The position numbers and the translations under genes are program-made. The notes under the pieces were generated by a model. The model saw only the letters and a list, made by a program, of their open reading frames with translations. It ran no database searches and was not told the DNA's origin. A DNA stretch of 64,000 nucleotides from Glaucostegus cemiculus (lineage: Eukaryota). How positions within the stretch are numbered: position 1 is the stretch's first letter; each line of letters opens with the position of its first letter. The stretch lies in NCBI GenBank assembly GCA_976551045.1, contig CDPCPM010000026.1, positions 2,232,001 to 2,296,000 on the forward strand, read 5' to 3'. This document shows, in pieces, positions 51,885-64,000 of the stretch.

Positions 51885-52205
51885 TCCTCTGCCTTTTTCC
51901 TCTCACATTCACGTGCGCTAGTGGCTTTTTCATTTTTGTCTTTCTTGTGTCTGTTTCATCTTTGTTTCTTTAAGTGCAGTTTGTCTGTATTCTCTTTTCT
52001 CTCTTTCCTTTCTCAGTACTCTTGTTTGTCTTTGTTTCGCTCCCCTCCCTTTCTCTTCAGTTCTTACGTTGACTTTCCTTTTTCCTCCTGGACTCTGTTA
52101 TCCTTTTTTTCTTTTTTTTATTTCCTCCCTCCTTCTGTCAATTTACTTCTCTCAGATTTGGGTCAGTTTCTGTTTTCCAAACATTTCTTCAATATTTTCT
52201 CTAAG
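51885..52205. repeat. CT-rich low-complexity tract
   Basis: Strong pyrimidine bias on the + strand. Confidence 0.7.
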
Positions 52206-52739
52206 TCTGACCTGTATCCCCACAGCAAATCAAACACTGTGCAATCAAACCCAATCCAATAAGGACTGTTATCACATGGTGCCTACAGTCCAGTTTAAAA
52301 TACAACTGGAAGAGATTCCCAGTGAAAGGGGCATGAGGCTGTTTGTGCTTATAGTCCATCCTGTCTTTTGGCTCCAGCCATTTTAAATGCCATCTCCAGG
52401 GGCAGTTCTGACTACTCCCAGTCTTGGCTCTCATCCCACATTAAGGAGATGTAGTCATATTCCATTCAATGTTGACAAGGTGCCCTTTCACTAATTCTTC
52501 CGAGTTTAGCCCTTTGCATGAAGCTTGATCATAGGATGATTAATGGTAATTAAGTGGGGGCTAAATCACAACTATCCCTTTGAGGCAAATTGAATTTAGC
52601 ATACACCCAGCTAGATTTTCCTAAATATGCAAAAGTTTATCATGTGAACCTGATTATGTTTGAAAAATGGCAATCTGCCAATTTTTATATAAACTCCTAT
52701 TTCTTTCTTGTTGTCAGTGTGTTTGATATTTCTTTGGAA

Positions 52740-53760
52740 AACATGGGAAAATGGCAGTGTTCAGTAATACAGATCAGGTGTTTTGTGTGTCATGAAAGGG
52801 CTGTAAGGAAGCTTCAAAAGAATATAGAAGCTAAGTGAATGGGCATGGACAAGGTAGATGGAACATAATATGGAAGAAACAAGAGGTCATCCACTTTGGT
52901 GCATAAAACAGAAAAGAAATATATTTAAATATCAATAAATTGTGAAATGTTGATGTTTGGAGGAACCTGGGTACCCCAGTACACAAGTCATCGAGAGCTA
53001 ATGTCTATGTATAGCAGCGGTTAGGTGGGCAAATGCTGTGTTCACTTTTATTGTGAGAGGCTGTGGGCACAGGAGTGAAGAGGTCCTACTGAAATTGTGT
53101 GGGGCCTAGACAAGATCACAGCTGCATTATTGTACAGTGTTAATCTCCTTAACTAAAATAATATATTTGCCATATAGGGAATGCACAGAGATTCAGATAA
53201 GATCTTTATTGTCTTTGGAATGTGGGAGGAAACCAGAGCACCCAGAGGAAACCCGCACAGACACTGGGAGAATGTACAAACTCCTTACAGACAGTGGCCG
53301 GATTTGAACCCAAGTCACTGGACTCGTTTCTGGAATGGTAGGTTTGCTGTTTGAGGATGGATTGTGTGGATTGCATTCTCAACCGTTTAGAAGAATGACG
53401 GGTGTTCTCACTTAAACTTACAAAATTCTTAAAAGGTTTGACAGGATGGATGCAGAGAGAATGTTTCCTCTAGCTGACTAGTCCAGAACTACAACTCTCA
53501 GTTTCAGAATAAGGACCATCAGGGATTGACATGAGAAGAAATTTCTTCACTCCAAGGGTAAAGAATCTTTGGAATTCTCTATCTTAGAAGGAGTGTTAGC
53601 CATTGGGTTCATTCAAAGTAGAAATTGATAAATATCTGGGAATCAGTGGAATGGGGAATAGTGCAGGAAAACAGTGGTGAGATAGAAGATCAGGAATGAT
53701 CTTGATGAATTGGGGAGCAAATGAAGGACGAAATGGCCTTCTGCTATTCCTAATTCTCAC
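52740..53760 (+). mobile_element. Old CR1 LINE fragment
   Basis: gaggtcatccactttgg (HFG), atgagaagaaatttcttcactc (MRRNFF), and a 3' end aaatggccttctgctattcct. Confidence 0.75.
53205..53322 (-). mobile_element. V-SINE fragment inserted in CR1
   Basis: Minus strand: gggttcaaatccggccactgtctgtaaggagtttgtacattctcccagtgtctgtgcgggtttcctctgggtgctctggtttcctcccacattccaaagac, i.e. a B-box plus V domain. Confidence 0.85.
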
Positions 53761-55079
53761 CTCCTTACTTGCATCTTCTTCAGACGTAGCTTTTATTATT
53801 AATTAGCCTTCATCATCCTCTTTTACTCAGCATCACCACCACTTGTATCATTCAATCTCTCTTGGTCTCGACCCTATTACAGACCATTTTATTTGCTCCA
53901 TACAAAAATTTGTTTTATACCTAACTTTTCCCAAGGTTATCAACCTGAAACAGTAATTCTCTCTCATACTGTCTAACTTGGTGAATATTTACAACATTTT
54001 ATTTTGAAAGCTCCAGGTGTTACCAGAAATCTATTTTGTAATTTTAATGTGTTTATAGTGAGAAAATTCATCAGTTACTTCATATTGAAATTTAGTGTTA
54101 ATTAAGAAAAATGGATGAACCCTCAAATTCAAACAACATATGAAAATTAAGATCCTTAATGTTTTATCTTCTATCTACGAGATGGACAATAATAAATGAT
54201 ACAAAACCACTTGTAACTTTGTAAACTGAGTCAGGATTTTCCTCATTTGCTTTTTTAAAATTATGTCTCTTATGCAAACCAGGAATGATTTGAAACTCAT
54301 AAGTTTACAGATTTAATAATAGTAATGACAAATTATATACAACTTAAAAGCATGCATTTGTTGTTGCAAAAGGATTGTTCCCTTGCTAATTTTGTGGATT
54401 GACATAGATATTTCCCTGAAGGAACAAAACAGTACTTTATGCAGGTTTCTTATATGTTCAGATATTTAAATGTACAGATGACTTTAATTTGAAGTGTTGC
54501 AGGAACCTAGGCTTTAAGTGAAGGGGAAATTTTGTACTCGTGCCAGTATTTGGAAACAGCATGGTAACTTTCCTGAAAAATAGCAGGATCGCTGTCTGCC
54601 CATGACTGATCTGGATTTATAAGATTTCCAGGTTGCAAAGAGAAAGGATTAGTATCAATCAGTTTTAAGTAAGCTTTTTAGCTAAACTTTATTCCACCTT
54701 GCAATACTATTATTTAAAATAGTCATTTAAAATTAGGAAATTGATTCTTATTCTTCTGACAAAGTAAGGAATATGATGAATATTAAAGAAGAAAAGATTA
54801 CAACTAAACTTTTTTTTTCCAAAAATCTGATGACTTTATGCAGCCTGCCATGTAAAAAATTTTGTCCCTGTATGTTAAAAGCCCAAAGTTAATACTTAAA
54901 ATATTACCATTGGCAATACTGATAATTTAAACAAAAACATAAGGTGAGGGACATACCAGATGTAACTTTTTTAGTTTTGTAGATGATTGCAAGATGTTAA
55001 GAATGGTATAGTTAACACTATGGAAGAGGCTTTTTGATAATTTAAACCAATAAAAGGTCAATGGTGGAAATTTGACACA

Positions 55080-56310
55080 AAAACTAAAAATGCCACAAAC
55101 AGTCAGCAGGTCAGGCAGCATCTGTACAAAAAGAATGTTCATGCTTTGGGTTGAAGGCCCTTTATCAGAATAGGAAAGAGGAAAAAAGGTAAGTTGGGAG
55201 GAATGGGGAGACATAGAGAAAATCTGTGATAGGGTTAGACCAGATCAAATGGAGATTTAGATGGTGATCATTGTTTCTGAGTGTTCTGTGTTGTTAATAG
55301 CAAGGCTGTGTGATGTGACGAGCAGGTCCCACTGTACTAAAGGAGGGAGAAAACCAGCCATTATCTTAGATGAATAACTTAAAGCAGAAATGGCCAGCTC
55401 TCACACAGAGAGAGCAAGTAAATTGAAATTAATTCAATAATGAGATTGGAAGGCTGCATCAGATGATAAATCAGATATTGTTCTTCAAACTTTCATTGAG
55501 CCTAATTTCACAGAGCATATGTCACAGAATAGATAGATCAGAGTGGAAATTGGATGAATAATTAAAATGGCAGACAGCAAAGCTCAAGTCACTCCTGTTG
55601 ACTGAACATGAATGTTCCACAAAACAATCACTGATCTGTGTTTAGTTTCTCTGTTGTATCTGAGACCACATTGTGAACACTGAATTCAAAATACTAGATT
55701 AGAAGGAGTGCAACTGAATTGCAGCTTTACTGGAAGGAAGTTTGAGTTCTTGGATGTAGGAAAGGAAGGGGTGAAAGGACAAGCGTTGTATTTCCTTCCG
55801 TTGTGTGGGAAAATGCCATAAGACTTGGAGTGGATGGTGGGAAAATGAAAGGAAAACCAGTGAATCATAAAGCAGCTGTCCCTTTGAAATACAGAAAAGA
55901 GACAGGAATCTTGTTGGAGCTGACAGGAATTGCAAATAATGATCTATTAAATACGGAGGCTGGTGGGGTGGAACATGAAGATTAGGGGAACTCTGTCCTT
56001 GCTGTTTCTAGGAGGAGTGGGATTGAGAGTAGAGGTGTGGGAAATAGACAAAATGCTGTGATAGTTAAGGGCTTCATCCATTACAGTAGAGGGTAAGCTG
56101 TTTCAGAGGCACTTGTGTGGAAAATCTTAATTGGAGCAAGTACAGTGGAGACAAAGGAACTGGGAGAAGGAAATGAAACCCTTACAGGGTGGGAAGAATT
56201 ATGGTGAAGATGACTGTGAGAATTTGATGGCTTGAAATGGATGTTTGTGGCTAGCCTATCTCCTGAGATGGAGACAGAGAGATCCATGTATCCCACAAAA
56301 ATACAGGTGT
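55080..56310 (-). mobile_element. Degenerate Penelope-like element with terminal fragment
   Basis: MDLSVSISGDRLATNIHFKPSNSHSHLHHNSSHP (cf. PLE T..Y.KPT.S..YL...S.HP), decayed sequence towards the GIY-YIG region, and a terminal repeat at 55080-55170. Confidence 0.7.
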
Positions 56311-59300
56311 GATTTGGACACCTGCCCACCAATGAACTAATCACTGATGCACAGTTTTGTTCCTGCAAGGACCATTTGGCTCCAGATCTCATCTGGCCAA
56401 ACAGAGTAAAGGAGCTAATCTTCAAAAGTGAGGTGAGACTGACTAACTGACTGATTTCAAGGCAAGATTTAACTAAGAGTGATATGAAAGAGCTCTGATA
56501 AAAGTGAAGTCAATGAGAATGAAAGAGAAAACTCACCATTAGTTGGAGAGGTACAAAGCACAAAGGAACATGATTGTGGCTCTTGGAAGCCAATGATCTT
56601 GACGTTGGAACAGTTGCAGAAATTCCTCAGGGCAGTGTTGTTGACCCTTCAACTGTTTCATTAGTATCATCCAGTGCATTATAAAGTTCATTGAGCGTCC
56701 AGTGTTCGATTTTATTCTCAATTCATCAGGTAATAAAATGGCTTATTCTTCCAGGCAGACAGGTATGGCCGATAAGTGATGGTAACTTTGTCGGGCAGTG
56801 ACCTACTTCGACAAGAGAAAGTTTAATTGCTCCCCTTGGTATTCAATGGCATTACCATTGTCAAATGCCTTGATATAAATATTCCAAAGTTAAACAGAAG
56901 CTTAACTGGATCAGCTACATAAATACTCTGGCTTCAAGAGCATTTCAGAATTTTGTTGGGCTGGAGGGAGTGGGGTATTGTTTATTGGGGAAGGGTAGAT
57001 AGTTATTCTTTGTCAATGGAACCAAGTTTTGGAAATGGAGTACAATGTGCAAATGCTGTCGTACATGTAACTAGAAAGATTTCTTACCCTTGCGGCAAGG
57101 AGTTCCTGAATCCCCAGAGATTATGATGATATCTCCAACAACACTGAAGTATCTCAAAAATATCCAGGACCCAAAATGTTCATTTTCTCATCCATCAGTT
57201 CACTGTGAGAGCATTTTGTACAATATACTAGGTGTCCTGCAGCAACATATCAAGTCTTCTTCAGCAGCTTCTCCCAGTCCTGTGATCTCTACCACCTAAA
57301 TGAGAGACAAATGAAAATGTCACCTGTATGTTCTTCTCCAAGTCATTCGCCATAACGTTCAGTCAGAATCCTGGAATTCCAAATTTACAAGTAATGTGGA
57401 AGCACCTTCATTGCAAGGACTTCATCATTCAGAAAAATGATCCAGAGCCATCTTTAAATGCTAGACTTAGTGAAAATGCTTGTATCCTGCATCAAGTCCA
57501 GGTTCTGCTAAAGGATATTTCTCCTGAAATGTTAATTGTTTTCCTCTTAGATGCAGCCTGACCTGCTGAGTGTTTCCAGCATTTTCTGGGTTTTGTTTCA
57601 TATTTCTGACAGATAGTCTTTTGATTTTCTTTTCAGTACTTTTGAGAGGATGCATACAGTGCTTCTTGTGGAGGAAGCTTAAGGCACTCTCAGTAAATAT
57701 GGGGTCTTTGTTAAATCACACCTGAGCAGGAATCCCATGCTGATGTCACTTTCATGGTGTACAGATAACCAGTGTCAGTAGTCATTACTCTCAGAGAATC
57801 CAGATCTTAACTTTACTCCATTAGCTTGAATGTTGAACTGCCTCGACAGAATAATTCTTTAAAGAATTAGTAATTGAAGGATTTCTGCAACCAACAGGCT
57901 ATTTCCACATCCCACTTCTTTTGACAGTGGTATGTAAATCAGTATTAACAGGCCAAGACTGATGAGTAAATTTGATCTCGGAGCTCTGTTTGTAATTTTC
58001 CTTTCTTATGTTCTTTCATTGTGGTCCCAAAGAAGCCCAGAACAAAGTGCATTTAAGAGCTGCAGCAGTACTTTTTTATTACTGTGCTTCTGATTCAATT
58101 AATTGAACGTTGTTGCCAGGAAGTTGAACTGTCATTTTTGTAAGTGTGGCTCTACCTGTTATACTTTTTGTGCTATTTTGCTGTTGTTATTAACTGAGCT
58201 ACTTCGTTATTTTTGGGTATTATGAGTTTCCGACAACTGTTGTTAGTATACTTTGCTGTCGTACAGCATTTCTGTTCTTATTGTTTTCTTTCTGCACCAT
58301 GATGTGCTGCTTAATGAAAAGGGGCTTAGTTTTAAACAAATATTTTTAAACTGATGAAAATAATGAAATTCACTTTATAAGAAAACTTTGAATCTTTGGA
58401 TTGCATGTTTGAGAATATTCTCTATAGCATGCAAACTGTATCTTTCACCCTGCAATTTGATCTGCACTATTAATTATGCTAGTGTTGTTAAAAGGTTTGT
58501 TATTCTGAGTACCTTTTCATGTGACAATCTTTTCATGGTTAAAGCATTTTCTTTAGTGGAGTGAGAAGTTCTTGGAATAAAAGCTAGTTTGCATTTGTTG
58601 GTATTTGTGAATTGGTTAACGTATGTATTAAACAAAAATGCTTGTGTTTTAACTTTTCATTACCGAAGATCATTCACAGAATGGTTATAAAATAATTATC
58701 AGTGTTTCTAGTCATTTATTGAACCTTTTCTTTATTATATGCCATGGTTATGAATTACTCATTGCTTAGAACATCTGGAAATTTGTTGAACTTTTAGTAA
58801 TTAAGTTTGTTAGCATCACATTAAATGGAATTTTCAACTTCAACAGTTTGATATTCAATCTTTTTAGGTGGAGGGGTGGGGAGAGGGTAAAGATTATTTG
58901 CAGACAACAAAACACCCAAGAGGAAAAGGCATGGATTAAACAACGGCAAGCAAGTTTATGCATTTTATGCAAAGTGTGTTGAACATTTCCATACTACCTA
59001 ATTTTTTGTTTAGCTTTTAAATGTAGAATAGCAAAGAGTACATAAAATAATTTCTTCTCCTCACAACTACTTTTGAGCTATCTTTTGTTTTTGAATTACA
59101 TTTTCAATTAGTTGATGAACGAATCTACTCAAAATAAGACTAAACAGTTGCCCTGTTTGAATAAAAATCTGTGCCCATAATTTGAGTAATAATGGTATAA
59201 AAGTGAAATAATGTTTAGTGATATTCCCAGAGGGAATTGTGGGGGTTGGATTCTTTCGCTGTGTAGTTTTAAGGGAGAAAGCTCATTAAACAATGATTAA

Positions 59301-60199
59301 GTATGGCTCATGGCAAAGTTGAAACTAAATTAAAATAACACCAGATAGTCTTGAGAAATTATGTACTAATTTAGTTAAAATGCATATGTTTGTTTCTCTG
59401 TTGTAAAGTCATTTGTTGAACAGGTCATTTCAAGGCCTTGATGAGATCAGTCTTGTATGTTTGTAAAAATTGTTACAAACTTGTATTAATATTCATTGCA
59501 TGAGATATTTCCACACTGGTTCCTCTTTGGGCATATCATATTGTACTATGATTTTGGAAACTAAAGCCTGAACTGATTTAGGCTTCTAATATTTTATAAC
59601 ATCATGTGTAACTGTATTGTAAATATTTCCATTAATGATAACAGAGTAAAACCATGGCAGTTTTTATGTCTTCATTATTTTCACAAAGTCACCAAAAACT
59701 AGTAGAAACACAGAATGGAGCCACTGCATTGAATCAGTACAAATTCATTTACACTTTGATTGGAGATGAGCAAAGTATCTTTCCATTTTTATTTTGATCA
59801 GTTTTATCTTTAGCCTCCACTGCCATTGCTGGCCACTTAGCCACCACCACCACTGCAGGCCATCTACCAATCACCACCATTATCAGCCACACTATAATGC
59901 ATGCTTTACAATGGGCATATGAGTCTTAGTTTTTCTTCATTTGTGGAAATGTTATTTTGATTATGTTGGAGTTTGTACTCATGAAAGCAAGGGATATTTG
60001 CATTGTTAACTGAAATGCCTTCAGTTAGTAATATCCAGCACTTTTTGATGGGATAACATAGTTAAAGTAAACCTTGCAATATTCTGCACAAATGCATTTT
60101 TGTTCCATCTCAAAAGAGCCCCTGAACTAAAAATTCTAGCTACCTAGGTGAAACTGCCAAATCTTGGGCAGTTTGTGCAGTCTCTTTTCCTTCTCGTGC

Positions 60200-61545
60200 A
60201 GGCCCTAGTCATTGAGGATGATTTGCTTCTAATCTGGTGTTGTGGGTTCTGATGTTACTGATGAGGTCAATGTGGGAAACACAAAATGTTCCACGAATTT
60301 GATAGAAGAGTCAGTAGCCCCCTCAATGGCTTCTTCGGTTGTCTGAAGGGAAAGGCAAATGTGTAACTTATGAGGTCTGCACTTCCACCATTTAAACTGC
60401 ATTTTTCTGTGCTCCCAGTGCATGGACTCAAGGTTCTCAATATCTTCCTGAATGCCCCTTCATTTTGAGTGGTCCTGGGCCAGGGTTCCCAGAAATCATT
60501 GGGGATGTGTGTTACAAGACACAATTGAAAACATATTTGAGTTTTTCCTTTATCCACCTGGTATTCTCTTTGTTTGGTAGAGTTCATAATAGAAGTCTTT
60601 TTCTGCAGAGGGTTGTTGGATGTGTGAATGGTGTGGCCTGCCCAATAGAGTTGACTGAGTGTAATTAAGACCTTAATACTAGGGTGGTGGCCTGGAAGAG
60701 GGCACCGATGTTGATTTGATTATTGCAATAGATTTAATGGATTTTGTGGTGATGTCCTGGTCAAATCACATTGATGCCACGGCTACGAAAGCTCATCAGT
60801 GCTTCTGCTTCTTCAGGAGGCTAAAGAAATTTGGTATGTCCCCTCTGACACTCACCAACTTCTATCGATGCACCATAGAAAGCATCCTATCTGGATGCAT
60901 TGTGGCTTGGTTTGGCAACTGCTCTTCTCAGGACTGCAAGAAACTGCAGAGAGTTGTGGACACAGCCCAGTGCATTGGAGAAACCAGCCTCCCCTCCTTG
61001 GATTCTTTATCTCTTGCTGCCTGGACGAAGCAGCCAGCATAATCAAAGACCCCATCCACCCGGGTCATTCTCTCTTCTCTTCCATCAGGTAGAAGATACA
61101 GGAGCCTGAGGGCACATACCACCAGGCTTAAGGACAGCTTCTATCCCACTGTGATAAGACTATTCAACAGTTCCCTTATACGATGAGATGGACTCTGACC
61201 TGACGATCTACCTTGTGACCTTGCACCTTATTGTTTACCTGCACTGTACTTTCTCTGTAGCTGTGACGCTTTACTCCATACTGTTATTGTTTTTACCTGT
61301 ACTACCTCAATTCACTCTGTACTAACTTCATGTAACTGCACAGTGTAATGAATTGACCTGTACGATCAGTATGCAAGACAAGTTTTTCACTCTACCTTGG
61401 TACAAGTGACAATAAACAATCTTTCCAACACACTGAGGTGCCTATGTTTCACAGGGATCATTGATGCCTGGTAAACTGTGAATCTTGTACTAGAATTGAG
61501 ATTTTGATCTTCAAACATCTTTTTCCTCAATTAACCAAAAGCACT
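60200..61545 (-). mobile_element. RTE LINE fragment split by a Rex1/Babar insertion
   Basis: 60200-60750 and 61420-61545 resemble consecutive parts of the RTE copy at 40850-41400. Confidence 0.6.
60753..61420 (+). mobile_element. Rex1/Babar-clade LINE 3' fragment
   Basis: SWSNHIDATATKAHQ..FFRRLKKFGMSP.TLTNFYRCTIESILSGCI.AWFGNC, with a 3' UTR ending gtgacaataaac. Confidence 0.88.
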
Positions 61546-64000
61546 TTCTGCAAGCTCCCAATTCTAAAACCTCTGAAAACTCTCATCGCTCTGAACTCAG
61601 ACACCTATCATTTCCTTCACCCCAGCCATTTATATTCTAAATCCCCATTACTCCAACTCTTCTGTAAGACTTTAATTAAATCTGTCTCTGTCATCTATAT
61701 TTAGCTGTCTATTCTGGTTAAGTTTGAATGATACTGTCCCTTTAAACACTTCAGTACATTTTTTTGACATCATTGATGCCCTATAAATGCAGAGTTGTTG
61801 TGTTCCAACTTCTGACTCAATGTCTAAATTTAACTACACCTTAATAGAAGGTATTTAGTTAGAGTCCTTGGTGGAAAAATTGGCTGTAGTGCAAAGTTCC
61901 ATTTTCCAGAGGTGAAAGAAAATATGGGAACTGGCCTCCACCTCAGTGAGCCACACTAGATGACTTCAGGATTCTGCTATACTTAATTTCTGCCTTAATA
62001 GGAAACTTCAGTTAAAGAGCAAATTAGTCTACTTGTTAAAAAACAGAAGGAAAAATTACACATATAAACATTTAAATCTGTTTGATAGTTAAATAGTTCT
62101 TTGCAGTTGATGAATTTAAGGGTGTATGTAGCTAATCCAAACAAGGTTTGTGTTAACAGTAGTTCTATTATACAGTGGCTTACAGTAGCAGAGGCCACAT
62201 TCAGAGAAGCTGCTGGATTCATTTCTGTCGGTTTGTTCACAAGTTTCATGCAGAGTTGTAAAAACCCATAAAAAATTGATAATATCCTAATTGCTTATTA
62301 GTACAATGGTCTAACTAGTTACTTCCAATTTTTTAAGCAAGTATTTGAAACATCTTGTATATTCTGAAATTATTTTGTAAGCCGTTTATATAGTCCAAAG
62401 ATTATTTCTTAATAAGAAAGACAAATTGATTACATGCAGTAATTTGTGTAATTTTATTCTCTCTATTTTTACAAGGGTACAAAAACATTGAAGGTAATGC
62501 AAAAAATATTTACTGGTGTGATACCAGAAATGAGAATGTGTATGTATGTGTGTATATATAGGGATATTGAAACAGCTGCTCTGAGCCATAACCAAGATGG
62601 CCTGCTTCAGTGCTATAGAGTCTGTCCATTCCCATGATGTTCTGCCTTTTCATGCCAAACAAGAAATGAACAGACTCTACAGTATCTGGATAGATAATAC
62701 TTTGTCAAATAGTCTTTATTTGCCATTCTCAATAGATTCAGAATTGAAACTAAAGCATTGAAAGAAAATTGAAAATAAACACAGATTTTTTGTTAATGCT
62801 CCAATTATCTTTTTCTGTGGTTGCTCATAGCAGTGTTCTGTACAATAATTGTAAATTTCTGGAGACTGGATTAATTCTGGAGGTTTGCAATCCTATTTCA
62901 GATTTATGAATGTTGGGAGATGGCAGGCCATTGGGAATCTGAAGGTTACAAAATCTTGGCTGAGTCTCAGTGCAGCAGATGGGTTACTACAAACATTACT
63001 TCCCTTGGTTAAGATTGACTAATCTCTCTCTATGTTCAGAGTCATCGACTCTAATGTTTGCTTGTAGGTGTAGTATTTGATTTTGTGACACAGCTGATTT
63101 GATGCTTAATCATTTGACATAGAAGTAAGAAGAAAATGTACAGTTAGTATAGATTGTTAAATTAGTCATAGGAGCACCAAAGTTGGTTTCACTTGACAGT
63201 TCACATTGAGGAAAATTCTCCATTTTTACTAACTAGCAACTGATGAAAAATCAATTTAAAGCATTTGAGCTCTTTGAACCTTTGAATATGAATCTGAATA
63301 GGTTACAAATGTTCTTCTGTCAGATACTAAACTGCAAAACAATAATTCTGATATCTAAATTATTTTGACAACTATTTTTCATGTGGAGTTTGATGTAATT
63401 TTTTGCAATTTAATAGACTTCATGGAAATCTCAGGGCAGAAACTGTTAAAGTACAAATGTGGAAGTTTGGAGTTTCTGCTCAGTTTATGTACAGTAGCCT
63501 GCTGATTTTTTTTCAGGATGGATGTTCCAGCAAATAACAAGTCATGTTGTAAAAGAAATTCTGCAATGTTGGCAGATATTTGCACATACTGCATTATTCA
63601 GTCTTGGTTTTCTGTGTTTTAAATGGATGGTAATGGAACATGATATTGTTTGTAAGTTAGTTAACTTTATATTGTGTTGTTAATGTGGTACATTAATACT
63701 TGATGTTAAAGTATAAATATTCAAAAGCCAAAAATTAATTTCATCGTGACAACCATATGGGAAGCGTAATAATTCATTTTACACTAAATTATGTATTTGC
63801 CTTATCTTTAATCTACTGTTTATATGGGAAAAAGATTTGTGACTATATTTTAACTTGTAGAGGATATGAACACCATAAAGTTAATTACTTTGCATGGTCT
63901 GTAGGTCTCTCAAGGATTTAGGGCAGAGAGAAGGAAGGAGTGACAGACAGATTCAATAATGCACTGGCGATTGGTTCTTCAGGCTTGTATTGTTCTGGAG

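Noticed and set aside
51921-52386. Phe/Leu/Ser-rich ORFs resembling membrane proteins
   Set aside because: They derive from a CT-rich low-complexity tract.

Overview
AT-rich vertebrate genomic DNA, very likely from a cartilaginous fish. That call is inferred from the repeat content: CR1, Penelope-like, Rex1/Babar and RTE retroelements plus V-SINE and DeuSINE-like SINEs. The left third holds the last six coding exons of a + strand Na+/H+ exchanger 5 gene (SLC9A5/NHE5; exons 2439-2524, 3684-3810, 4375-4551, 5856-5928, 11364-11501, 22152-22693). They join in phase into a 380-aa C-terminal tail, provided one intron uses a non-canonical GC donor. A further phase-compatible, stop-terminated exon candidate (18865-19076) could give an alternative C-terminus. 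A CpG-rich promoter at about 48.4-49.0 kb (E2F, E-box, ETS-CRE composite, GC boxes) probably starts an unidentified + strand gene. It may also start a - strand transcript whose exon-like blocks (29-48 kb) look like a decayed gene. The rest is mostly fossil transposable elements, including a two-gene PIF/Harbinger relic, several nested insertions and Penelope-type termini with hammerhead-like cores. Most of the short ORFs in the supplied track are spurious or TE-derived. TE boundaries are approximate, and homology calls come from recalled motifs, not from database searches.
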